A program made the translations under genes and the position numbers. Below, in pieces: positions 40,336-53,198 of a stretch of DNA of 64,000 bases (position 1 is its first letter; each line of letters starts with the position of its first letter). Under the pieces are notes generated by a model that saw only the letters and a program-made list of their open reading frames with translations, did not search any database and was not told the origin of the DNA. Origin of the DNA: Eledone cirrhosa (lineage: Eukaryota). The DNA lies in NCBI GenBank assembly GCA_964016885.1, contig OZ024745.1, positions 39,246,001-39,310,000 on the forward strand. The letters run 5' to 3'.

Positions 40336-40391
40336 TTATATATTATGAAATACCGTTGGCTTGTTGCTCACATTAATTTCTCTATTTTCAG

Positions 40392-40449
<58 letters not shown>

Positions 40450-40569
40450 TCCTCGCAGCGTTGTAATTAAACTTCTCATTTCAATTTCTATCATGAAAAT
40501 ATCAGAGGGCTGCTCTGTTCTTTGAGCATTTTACTAACTTATTCTGTTAGTCATTTCCTTTTATATAAA

Positions 40570-40930
40570 TGATGAAAGACATGAATGTAACTCAACCAAT
40601 GTGAAGAATAGCGATTTAGAGATTCCTCATATCCTGAAAGTTTTAAGGTCATTGTTGTCAAACTTCGCAAAGAGCTGGAACACGTAGAGGGGATTCTACA
40701 GCAGTAGGCCTAGTTAAACCACGAGTTGACTCTCTTAATACCATCAGAATAACATCATGTATAGGTATACAGAAGGTGCAGATAATTATCGATAAGAACA
40801 CGAGAAACACTATCAGTGCTATTGCTATGGATCTCAAAATCTCAAGGCCCTCTCTCCAAAAGATTTTGCTTGAAGACTTTGATTCATGTCTAATGTCAAT
40901 GTGAAACGGTGCTCCATACAAAGGTTTTCT
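40570..40930 (+). mobile_element. Degenerate Tc1/mariner-superfamily transposase N-terminal fragment
   Basis: Manual translation KNSDLEIPHILKV..VKLRKELE..QKVQIIIDKNTRNTISAIAMDLKISRPSLQKILLEDF resembles the HTH region of maT/DD37D-type transposases (from recall). Confidence 0.55.
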
Positions 40931-41019
40931 TGAGGAGTTGAAAAGTCAAGACCCTGTAATACTCTAACTAATTTATTATACGTTTTCAGCTGTATTGACT
41001 GACTTTAGAATTTCGAGAT

Positions 41020-41525
41020 AAGCGACCTTTGAGCAACATGTGGTAAATATGGACTTAACACAGCAGAACATAACCCCGGGGGCGTTATCGAAAATGATAA
41101 TGCAACGATCCTTTAGGATTTTTTGATAGAGTTTATTTATGAGATTGAGCATATGAGATCAGATATTCTATTAATTGAGAAAGAAAGCTCATAGCCAGCC
41201 AGCTGAAAAAATAGTAATATATATCACAAGTTAGCTGGGGAGGTTAAGCAGTTGTGGTCACTAAAAAAGGCGGTGGTAATACAAATAATAGTTGGAGTTT
41301 TAGGAACAGTGAGTAAAGATCTTGAGAAGTACAATAAACAAATAGAGATTGCAATACGGATGGAACACTTACGAAAAACAACATTTCTTGGAACAGCCCG
41401 AATACTCTGGAGGGTACTGAAAAAAGGGGTGTTACCTCAGTTCAGTGGTAGTGAACAGCTAATACTAACATACTTCTCCAACTTTAGAAGCTGAGTGAAG
41501 AAAACATAATAGTAATTATAATAAT
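41020..41525 (+). mobile_element. Old R4/Dong fragment (third family), RLE and 3' end
   Basis: EHNPGGVIENDNATIL*DF, EVKQLWSLKKAVVIQIIVGVLGTV, FLGTARILWRVL followed by a degenerate TAA-type tail. Confidence 0.82.
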
Positions 41526-43528
41526 AAAAGAAGAATATTTTTGTGAATATTTTCAACGTTTTAAAAACTTTCCTGATGCAAATTAAATATAAACTTGTGT
41601 GTCCTTATTTAGGTATCCTTTTTATGAGGATATATTCATGGGTTTGGGGTTGGTGTTGGACACAAATTTGAATTGTAAATCGCCATGAGACGTTATCCCA
41701 TTCAGGTTGGATGATAGCAAACACATTCTAGGAATTTTACGAGAGTGCGCATTCCTACGTAATGATTCCCACTATAGAGGAAAGCTAACATGTAACTACG
41801 AAATAAAAAGAAAATATTCGTCATTTGCCCTATGCTAGGCAAGTCCATGTCATCTAACAAGTAGTTATTTAGAAAAATTTGCATACGATTCCATATGCAT
41901 TACCCTGATGTATAATACATTCTAATTTGTTCCACGGAAGTATTTATTGTGATCGTATTACAGCCAGTTCGATATCGGTATAGGCTTTCTGAATTTCAGA
42001 GTTAATTCTCATCGCTCCTTGGCGGTTACACATTGCGTGACTACATGTATGCTTGTAATTAGAAAATAATTATATTATACGAGTCCATATATAATTATTT
42101 CAGAATTATTTTATTTAGTAAATTTAATGAATACCTGGGCCTTAGTAATGTTTCTAAGGAAGATGTATAAACTAATTTCTCCTAACGTATACAAATAATT
42201 TCATAGAAATATTAGGCACCGTTTCGAATAATTAGTATGAAATGTTAGTCGATATATATTAAACACTTTATTATGACAAAAACGATACATCATTTCTACA
42301 CACTCTGTCATATAGATATCATCAGTATGTAACATCAGCGTATTCGTCATTAATTCCGTGGACGTTTATATCAATGCTGTATCTAGCATTTTAGGAAAAT
42401 TTAATATATTTTAGATGTTTACACTATTATATGCGCCTTAAAATTATAAGGAAATCTCACGGTACAGGATATATTTATTTAGTATAAAACATATTATGAC
42501 TATATCGCTATCAAATGTAGCGTTCGATCATCGTTTTATATAGAAATAAAGAGATAGCTCCTGCATATAAATATTACGTATCTGAAATTGTCCAGAAGGT
42601 TCTTCATATGAAATTCGATATGTCAAACGATCATAGCAAGTTCCGTATTTGTTCTTGTAAGTAACCAATAAACTCGCTTTATGTTGCAATTGTAATACAA
42701 TATTTCAATTATGCTACTTTTATAAACGTTTGAGGACTGTATATTTCTCGCAAATATATGAGCGATTAAGCTCTTCCTTGAAGCTATCACTCACAACTTC
42801 ACTAAACAGTTAGCAAAAATTTAATTTACATTATTAGAATCTGCTAAGAGACATATTAATATTCAAAGCGTTGAATTAATCGAGCTTAAACTGCATTAAC
42901 GTTTTATTTTTTGCGTTTGATATTTGAAAGAAATCCTACGAAAATATATTTAATCGAAACATTTCGTAATTATTTTAGACGGATTCGCTTGATATTGAAT
43001 GATTTACAGTTTTCCGAACCGATATGTTATCTGCTTCATGGAATATATTGCGACATACGAGCGCACACACATATTTTATTTTTTATTTACCAACATATAT
43101 GTCTAAATCTCCCTTCTCCATACATTTATTACCATCCATGCCTCATTATAGAGTACTTTCACACTTGAAAGAATGTACATTACGAAATGTAAAAAAAGAA
43201 TAACTTCTGAGAAACTGGGATCTGTGTCAGAAAAATTCTGAAATATACAACAAAAGAAAATGTACGTAGGTGAAGCCAGAGTATGATAGATATATTTATA
43301 ACACAATTCGTGTCACGTATTGGATGCTCTCCTAACTTTGGATAAGCTTTCCAGAATTATACTACACACACAAACCTGTACACACCCACGCACATACACA
43401 CATGTGTGGAAATATCTATTGAAACGACAACAGCTCAGCAGTTGGGCCTCGAATTTTTATGTCATACCCCAAGTAAGAAGAACGCTATTGAGTAATTGTC
43501 TAACTGGTTTTACACTGGTTCTATCCTG

Positions 43529-43670
<142 letters not shown>

Positions 43671-43673
43671 AAA

Positions 43674-43724
43674 AGCTTCTACAGGACTAGAACTGTTTCA
43701 TTCGTGAGAAATCATCAGGGAGCT
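43674..43724 (-). ncRNA. Type I hammerhead ribozyme motif within a 93-bp palindrome (43674-43766)
   Basis: Minus strand AGCTCC-CTGATGA-T-TTC-TCAC-GAA-T-GAA-ACAG-TTCTAGTC-CTGT-A-GAAGCT; GUA triplet; one mismatch in stem I; the mirror copy lacks the GAA core. Confidence 0.7.
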
Positions 43725-44040
43725 CCCTGATGATTTCTCACTAACAGTTCTAGACCTGTAGAAGCTCTTCTACATTAAAACTTTCATACTCTGCTATGTA
43801 TTGAGTACCTTACTTACTGTGGTTACCTCCGATTCAACCCGGAATAACTTATCTATATATATAAAGCAGAGGATGTCTGTCTGTGTGTCTGTTTCCCTAA
43901 ACCTCGAGAAGTACCCAACCGTTTTTTTTTCAAACTCTACACATGTAACCCGTATGGCCCCGGAAGTGTTTTGAGCAAAAACAAATTTCAAATTATTCTG
44001 ACCTAGGGATCGAATTAGTGAAGTGGCCAATGTCTGTATA

Positions 44041-45600
<1,560 letters not shown>

Positions 45601-45604
45601 GAGT

Positions 45605-46146
45605 ACCGAGAAGAATTGTTTTACATCAGTCCGATCAGCTCGGGCTAATTGAAGTTGTATGGTAAAAGAAACACAACTGTACGAAAACACATGTGCAGAA
45701 TTAACCTTTTCGTCAATGCATAGCCCACAAGGCAGATCCCATTTGCGGATGGCGTAGACCAAGTAATAGCTTTCCATTGGTTGCAGTAATCTACGCCTGT
45801 GTCCATGAGGGACCATACATGGCTCGCGAGCTTCATAGACGATCGTTTGTCCGGGTATCTGAAGGTCGACTGATGATTCAGGAAACGCTCCTTAAACCGC
45901 CTCTCCGCTATACGTACATGGAATTTAACCTCTTGCTGTAGATTTGGACGGTTAGAAGTGACGGCAGATTCGTAAATTACAGGGGATGTGTTGCAATATT
46001 GTTGAGGAGGACAAGCTTCAGGCTTTCGACAAGAGCATCCTGGTGGGGTGCTGGTGTTACGGCTGTTGGTGATGTAGGGCTCCATATTCTTAGCACAGGT
46101 GTATCCTATTTTCACCCTTAAACTAGGATACTCCTGTGCTAAGAAT
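45605..46146 (-). mobile_element. Penelope-like element fragment (GIY-YIG endonuclease region) with a fold-back 5' end
   Basis: [50 protein letters not shown]; hairpin ATTCTTAGCACAGG..GTATCCTA / TAGGATAC..CCTGTGCTAAGAAT at 46086-46146. Confidence 0.85.
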
Positions 46147-46170
46147 GAATATATATATATATATATATAT

Positions 46171-46590
46171 ATAAACGTTTGTATAAGTCTAATAGAGGCA
46201 AAACAATGCAGGTATGGACATAGAATAAAGAATGCAAATGCAAAGATATTGTTGACAATTAGTCTTTTACCTTAGATTTATTTAAATGTCCTTAATTTTC
46301 GAGATCATATCTCTTCTTCGAAGGGAAGTAAAGCGGTTAAACCAGTGTTCTAAATAGCTTGCCAAGTCAGGCTGACATTTCCTGTCAGCATGACTTCGAA
46401 AGCTATTTAGAACACTGGTTTAACCGCTTTATTTCCCTCCGAAGAAGAGATAGTATCTCGAAAATTAAGGACATTTAAATAAATCTAAGAGAAAAGTTTA
46501 ATTGTCAACAATATCTTTTGCATTTGCATTCTTTATTCTATGTCCATACCTGCATTATTTTGGGTTCATTATACATATACAAACGTTTAT
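46171..46590. repeat. Fold-back element, arms of about 205 bp, between (TA)n tracts
   Basis: Arms are reverse complements around a 5-nt loop at 46378-46382. Confidence 0.93.
46436..46470 (+). ncRNA. Minimal hammerhead-like motif (variant core)
   Basis: CCT-CCGAAGA-A-GAGAT-AGT-ATCTC-GAA-AATT-A-AGG; U4C variant, palindromic AATT in place of stem III, only 3-bp stem I; mirror copy at 46290-46324 (-). Confidence 0.5.
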
Positions 46591-46629
46591 ACCTCATTAC
46601 ACAATGCTTCAAGTGAACTATAAGTTCCT

Positions 46630-46711
<82 letters not shown>

Positions 46712-46837
46712 CATATATACATAATACACATAGGTACGTATGGGTAATATCGAACTTTAATAATAATATTCGTATAGTTTGTAAACAAACGGCCCGATTT
46801 AAAACTATGCCGTGCTGGTGAACGATCGTCATATAAA

Positions 46838-46899
<62 letters not shown>

Positions 46900-48299
46900 T
46901 GATTGTTTACGTGTGCATACTTACGTTCATCAATCAGCTGTGCTAGGGGGAAAATACATTTCTAATGTTATCATTAATATTCGGCAAAGTCTGTCGTAAT
47001 TCCTTCGGTATGCAAATGAGGCTATTCAGCCGATGTATACTTAAGAAATTACTATATATTTTAGTGAGAAATATAGACATTGCTGCAAAGATTGTATAAA
47101 ATAACTTTTAAAGTAGGCTGAAGAAACTTAAAGACCGAAAAAGAAATTCCCATCGACTACTAGGTGTAAGTAAACCCCCATATCTCCCAGATACCCGCTA
47201 GGCACTTTAAACCATTATGTATAACATACCCTCTATTCGATGATGGAAGCATGCAGGTATAAATTGGATGACACTATTTCAATTACTCTTCAAAACGGCG
47301 CATTCATGGCTGGAAAACTATTCGAAATATGTTTATTAAATCAAACTTGACATTTAAATACACATGAGAAAAGCAGCATTAAGAAGACTTCTTTATTCAG
47401 CAAAATATACTCTCCGGTTATAAGAAAAATTCGTCTCAGAAAAGGTCTACAAGTACAATAGTTGATTGTCATACATTGTCCTAATCTCACATTTGACGTC
47501 ACAGCGTTAACCTATGAAAACATCGTTTTTTTGTTTTTTTTACGAAAACTCTTTGAAGTAGATGAACTGAACTATTCTTAATAGGATGAAAGCAGGAATT
47601 GTGTTTCATAAATATAAAAATAGAAAAAGAACAAGACGTAAAATGAAATTCACAGTCTGTAGAACCTAGTAATGATCTGACTTGGCAAAACCAGTTAATA
47701 TGAATAGTAAAGTTCAATAGGTACATGTACTGAGTATAACTTGAATAATTTAAAGAAATTCACACTTCAAAGGAAATACCGGGTGCAATGTGTCGGATGT
47801 TCGAGAATAAGTTTACTTATTGATTTTGTAGAACTAATACGAAATGCTATATCACGAAACCTAAATTAGTTTTGCTACTCGTTTTGTTCCTTGGAATTAT
47901 AATATTCAGAGTACCTATTTAAAACGTTAGTTAGAGGCGTGTTATTGGTTTCCCAATAAGAGGTATTCTGGTTTGATGGCTGTTATCGTTGGTGTTTATA
48001 AGAACAACATTAAGGAGAGGCGACCATTGAGTTTGTTTAATAGCATAGTACATGATAAAAACCTCACATTTCTCCCCTTGATACTTTGACGAATTTCGAA
48101 ACTAATAGTTTATAACCATGTTCGTTCAGAGAGATATCTGAATTTGGATGTAATATCCACAATCCTGTTCCTGGCATTCTCATCTGCCACGCCAGCAAAT
48201 CAGTGCAGCAAAGACTGAAACACTGGTTCACTCACGAAGGCCTGCACTCTGGCCCCTATATATGAGTGGATTTCCACTAAAGTTCTTGGAAAACTTCTA

Positions 48300-48580
48300 G
48301 TGTTTCGAGGCCGTGTTGACGACTGACGGAATCCAGGAGACCGAATTAAGTGCAAGAATTGCAAGAAGTGCTGCAGTAATGCACCGGCTTCAGCTGTCGG
48401 TCAGCAGTTCGGTATTTGTACCAGTTCTTACCTATGTTCATGATCCCTGGTTAAGAACGGAAGAAATAGGATCGTTAATACAAATTGCTTTGAAGAAACA
48501 TTCATCGATAGAAGCGTAGCTCGGTGATCAGTTATATGCTCCACATCGAGCAGCTACTCGAATGGTTGTCGCGCGTGATA
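48300..48580 (+). mobile_element. Old RTE (Rex3/Expander-like) fragment
   Basis: LTTDGIQETELSARIARSAAVMHRL..SVFVPVLTYVHDPWLRTEEIGSLIQ resembles the RTE post-RT region. Confidence 0.65.
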
Positions 48581-49043
48581 CTTTTTCCCTAGAATTATTA
48601 CACATAATACGGGAGATCGCTATTAGATAAAGCACGCATATATGAATCTGTTCATATATACATAAAAGTCACAACACTATTCTGAAAATAAGTTGGAAGA
48701 TGTATGTTTTGTACGAAACTGTGAGACAGACCATCAGAATGCGCTGTTGTGATGTCTGTTCCCAAATGTACAAGTGTACATCAAATACAATTAAGTATAC
48801 ACTCACACGCAAACAGAAACTCTGAACGCGACAAAGTTAGAAAGAGCAACAATATAAAAGTGAAAGTAAGAGAACAAATAACCTTTTTATATATAACATG
48901 TCTCAGAGTCTTTAGTGTATATATATACATATCACAATAAACATTCGGAAATGAAGAAGTGATTCAACAGTTTTAGAAAGGATGCAGTTAAAGTAAAGTG
49001 AACAAGGCAAATACGCGCTGACAGACAATGGATATATATATAT

Positions 49044-49044
<1 letters not shown>

Positions 49045-49098
<54 letters not shown>
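49045..49098. repeat. (TAGA)n flanking the Tx1 3' end
   Basis: Perfect tetranucleotide repeat. Confidence 0.97.
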
Positions 49099-49362
49099 TG
49101 TTTCTTTTATTTGCCACTAGGGCATCAAAAGTGGGACAAGTACAAAGGGGGGAGTTTACACAAAAAGGCGTCCTCAATAAGGAGGAGGCAATAACAAAAT
49201 ATAAAAATAAAATAAGATATAACAAAAAATAAAATTTTTAACAAAATTCTCAATAGAGAGGAGGCGCCTTGGGGGGTCGCACACACCCCCGAAAAAAGTG
49301 TGCAACCCTTCTCCTAAGGAGCACAGAGAAGGGGTGCTCCCTTGGTCTTTCATCTTCCTCAC

Positions 49363-52300
49363 CTATAGTCTGATGTAGAGTGAAGGCCCATTCACACGGG
49401 CCATTCTCGCCACTTTCACCCATCTTTCATAGAAACGGCTGGGGTGCAGCACCTCTCTCTCCATCCTGATCCTTCTTCCGAAATGATATCGGAAGAAACG
49501 GACCAGTTGTTGGCCAGAGAGAAAGGTGGCTGACCTCAGTCCTTTCAGACGCATCCACCATACAACCTCTTTCGCCATGGCTATTACGCACAGAAACACC
49601 GCCTCTGCTTCATCTTTGAAGGGGGGAGGCGGCTTGATCATTACAATAGACTCGGTGGTCAACCGGATCGGTCCCACCCTTGACAGCAGTTGTTCGACAT
49701 AGCCCCACAGATCGGCTACGCCCGAGCAGTGTACCAATGCGTGTGCAACGGTTTCCTCGTCGCACACGCATCTGGGACAGATCTTTTTGGCGGGGTCCCT
49801 ACCCGGGCGCCCGTGTCTGTAGAGCCTTTCTCGAACGGGTAAAGCCACTCGGTAGCACTGCCAGGCCAGGGACTTCTGGAAGTTGTCCATAGGTCCTGGG
49901 CTGAATGTCCTACCGAACAGGCTGGCCAGTTCGTCCTCCTCCATGTCTAGAGCTTCTCCGAGGGCGTCGTCGCACCTGCTGCGTACCAGCCCTCTATAGA
50001 ATGTTGCGGTGGAGTCTCCACTGATAACCGGATCCGCCTGCCAGAGGGCGGTGAGCGCCTGGGCACACTCAGTGTGCCAGGCGCCCAGTTTTCTCGGTCT
50101 TTGCTTGACCCAGGATTGCAGCTCGGTGAGTGAGACGAGTCTGGGAAAGGTTCGTCTCACAAACGAGGCCCACACCGGTTGTCCGGTGAGGAATACGTAG
50201 AGGTGCCGTAGCCTTAATGCGTGTTTACGCATCATTAGCCACGGCATCCCCAGCCCTCCTTTCGAAGGGTGTTGACAGCAGATGTATCTCCTCACCATAG
50301 GAGCCCGCCTCTTCCAAAGGAATTGGAAGAGCGCGCGCTCCATCTTGGTGAGGGTTTCCCTTGGGCAGGGCACTACGGTCAGGCGGTAGTAGATGACGGA
50401 CGCTATGTAGGTGTTCGCCACTTCCGCCCGACCTTTCAGGGATAGTTTGCAACTGGCCCACTTCTGGGTCAGTGCAAACACCCTGTTCGTAACCTCCGCC
50501 CAGTTTTTCTCCACCGGGAGGTCCGGTCCGAACCAGACCCCGAGCAACTTCACCGGGCCCTCCGTCCAGCGTCCGACGACGCTATCGGAGGGCATCGGTC
50601 TGCCCCTCCACGTGCCGAGTTGCAAACCGATCGACTTGTCCCGGTTCAGCTTAGCCCCTGTGAACCTTTCGTACTCCTCCAGTAAGGTGCCGACCGCCTC
50701 GATTTCGGAGGCCGTCGACACCATTACTGTCACGTCATCGGCGTAGGCCGACACCGCTTTCCGCAATCCCGGTTCCAAGGGGATGCCCTGCAACAACTCC
50801 AACTTCCGCAGTAGTGGCTCGAGAGTCAACACATACAGAAGGGAGGAGAGAGGGCACCCTTGTCGGATGGACCGCGCGATTTGGAACGGCTCCGAGAGGT
50901 AGCCGTTCACCTTGACCCTAGAGCAGATGCGGCTGCTGTGCATAGCAGTGATCCAGCCCCTGAAAACGGGTCCGAAGCCTGCCGCCGCTAGCACCGCATC
51001 CAGGTAACCATGGTCGACCCTATCGAACGCCTTAGATTGATCCAAGTTGATCAGAGCCCCACCAAAGCCGGGTTCGTTCCCAACCCTCTCTATGATGTAT
51101 CGCATGAGGTGGAGGTTGTCATGGATGGACCTGGACGGGATAGCGCATGTCTGCGCATCTCCAACCAGGTTGCCCACGACAAGCGCCAACCTCTTTGCTA
51201 GCACCTTGGCCAAAATCTGTAACTCTGTGTTTAGCAGTGTTATGGGCCTGAAGTTACTTATTTCGTCCCCCTTGTTCTCGTCCTTCCTCACTAGCGTGAC
51301 TACGCCCTTGGTCACAGTACAGGGAATTCTCCCGTTCTGTTGCCAGTTGCAGTAGACCGCCTCGAGGAGATCGGGGAACAAGTCCGGCATAGCTAGATAT
51401 AATTCGTAAGGAAGACCATCGAGACCCGGGGATTTGCGTTTGCCGCATTGGCTCAGCACGTCCTCTATCTCAGCGGCCGAAATCGGCTCCTCGCAGGACT
51501 TCGCCTCCCTGTCCGAGAGGCGCGGCAGGCCGTCGAGGTATGGACCGAAGTCCACGTTCCCAACCGGCTCCCCGCCCCTCCCGAACAGTCGGGCAAAGTG
51601 CCTTTGAAAGGCCTCACACATCTGCTTAGGCTCAAGAATCGCCCGTCCATCCAGGTCTCGCAAAGACCGGATGGTGGATTTAGTTCCACTGTTGGCCTCT
51701 GTCACGCGGGCCCAGCTAACAGCTTTGGTCCCCTCGTTCCCTAGAGCACGTATTTTACTTTGGACAACGCAGCCTTCGTGCTTCGCGTCGAAAAACTGGC
51801 TCAAAGCCGTTCTCGACGCTAGCACTCTGGCCACGTCGCCGCTTCTAATTGCCTCTTCTACTCTATCTATTAGCTCCCTTTCCTTCCTATTCCTATCCGC
51901 AGCTAGAACCTTACTAAATTCTATCGAGACTACTCTAATCTCTCTCTTTAGAGATACCCACCACCTGCTGTTGACGATCGCTCCAGTCAACCGTTCCTTA
52001 ACTAACGTACTAATCCGATTCCTGTAGGCTCTACTTGCCGGCAAGGACAAGTTGAGCTTCCAGTAACCGGGGCCCTGTCTATGAGTTCTGTCAAGGTTGA
52101 CCATGCAGGTCACTAATTTGTGGTCTGAATAGCCAACCATGCGCATTTTTGGACAACTTAAAAAGTCCTTATCCTTAATTCTAACTAAGAACCTATCTAG
52201 GTACGACCTAGATGATCCGCTACGATTTGCCCAAGTCCAGGTTGGCGCAGTCGGAAAATCTAGTCGATATCTATCGGCCAGGTCAAATCGACCGATTAAC

Positions 52301-52800
52301 CCTTTGAGGCTATTACACCCCTCTCTATCGGGGCAGGCCCCTACGTAGTCCCAGCGTGCATCTAGGATACCATTCCAGTCCCCCACTAATAGCAAGGAGC
52401 GGGACGTCCCCAGAAAAGTCTCCAGACGATGGAAGAAGTCCGGCCGCATTGACCCGAAAGGGCCGTAGGCGGCTACCAACCTAAACGCTCCGCCTTTACC
52501 ACTGCCAAGGTCCAGAACCACTAGTCGACCCTCCGGGTCCAAATGTACCATCTGTGTTGCGAGACCCAGATGTTTTTGCAGCAGAACGACAACTCCACCC
52601 CCACCTCCGGGCTGACAGAGAGATGCGTGCATCTCAAAGTCATCAAAGGTGGGGGCCAGCTGTCGCACGTTGCTGATCCGGGCCTCGCAAATAACCATCA
52701 CATCTATACGTTGTGACCTGAGGTCATTTAGAAGCATTGCTTGCTTCCAAGTTGAGCCCAGGCCACGCGCATTTAAACAGCCTACTCTTAGCATAGCCAT
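49363..52800 (-). CDS. Tx1 ORF2 protein, 1145 aa: APE endonuclease, reverse transcriptase, C-terminal zinc finger
   Basis: NARGL, ICEAR, VGDWN, SYLDR, YSDH (APE); GYWKLN; FRPITLLN, LDQSKAFDRVDH, IRQGCPLS, AYADD (RT); CPRC..EETVAHALVHC; uninterrupted. Confidence 0.97.
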   Translation of the reverse strand: MAMLRVGCLNARGLGSTWKQAMLLNDLRSQRIDVMVICEARISNVRQLAPTFDDFEMHASLCQPGGGGGVVVLLQKHLGLATQMVHLDPEGRLVVLDLGSGKGGAFRLVAAYGPFGSMRPDFFHRLETFLGTSRSLLLVGDWNGILDARWDYVGACPDREGCNSLKGLIGRFDLADRYRLDFPTAPTWTWANRSGSSRSYLDRFLVRIKDKDFLSCPKMRMVGYSDHKLVTCMVNLDRTHRQGPGYWKLNLSLPASRAYRNRISTLVKERLTGAIVNSRWWVSLKREIRVVSIEFSKVLAADRNRKERELIDRVEEAIRSGDVARVLASRTALSQFFDAKHEGCVVQSKIRALGNEGTKAVSWARVTEANSGTKSTIRSLRDLDGRAILEPKQMCEAFQRHFARLFGRGGEPVGNVDFGPYLDGLPRLSDREAKSCEEPISAAEIEDVLSQCGKRKSPGLDGLPYELYLAMPDLFPDLLEAVYCNWQQNGRIPCTVTKGVVTLVRKDENKGDEISNFRPITLLNTELQILAKVLAKRLALVVGNLVGDAQTCAIPSRSIHDNLHLMRYIIERVGNEPGFGGALINLDQSKAFDRVDHGYLDAVLAAAGFGPVFRGWITAMHSSRICSRVKVNGYLSEPFQIARSIRQGCPLSSLLYVLTLEPLLRKLELLQGIPLEPGLRKAVSAYADDVTVMVSTASEIEAVGTLLEEYERFTGAKLNRDKSIGLQLGTWRGRPMPSDSVVGRWTEGPVKLLGVWFGPDLPVEKNWAEVTNRVFALTQKWASCKLSLKGRAEVANTYIASVIYYRLTVVPCPRETLTKMERALFQFLWKRRAPMVRRYICCQHPSKGGLGMPWLMMRKHALRLRHLYVFLTGQPVWASFVRRTFPRLVSLTELQSWVKQRPRKLGAWHTECAQALTALWQADPVISGDSTATFYRGLVRSRCDDALGEALDMEEDELASLFGRTFSPGPMDNFQKSLAWQCYRVALPVRERLYRHGRPGRDPAKKICPRCVCDEETVAHALVHCSGVADLWGYVEQLLSRVGPIRLTTESIVMIKPPPPFKDEAEAVFLCVIAMAKEVVWWMRLKGLRSATFLSGQQLVRFFRYHFGRRIRMEREVLHPSRFYERWVKVARMARVNGPSLYIRL

Positions 52801-53198
52801 GTTGGTGGTGAAGAGAAAAGGCGCTTACCTCTCTGCGTCCCGGGTATCGGGCTGCACAATTTCCATTAGGGTGGGGGATGGGTTGTTGGTGGGGTGGTGG
52901 TTTGTGGAAGTGTGGGGGCATCAGTGTGTTGTGTGGTTGGGGAGCTTGGGGTTGTATGGGTGTTTGGGGAGGGGGTGGGATAGTTTTTTAGGAGGACGCG
53001 GTTAATGGGCCCGACGCAGGGGGGACCCACGTCCTCTTTAAAATTGTTTTTTAAAGTTTTATAGGTGTCCTGTGGAGCCTTAATCATTTTGAGGTGGGGG
53101 AAATCCCCTGCCTGGGTGAAGTTAGGCCCTTGTGTTTTTATTAGATTGTTGTTGTACACAATGTTTAACAGTTTTTTGTTTCTTGTATTTATGTATGT

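Noticed and set aside
49680-52348. Antisense and alternate-frame ORFs over Tx1 ORF2
   Set aside because: Shadows of a GC-rich coding sequence
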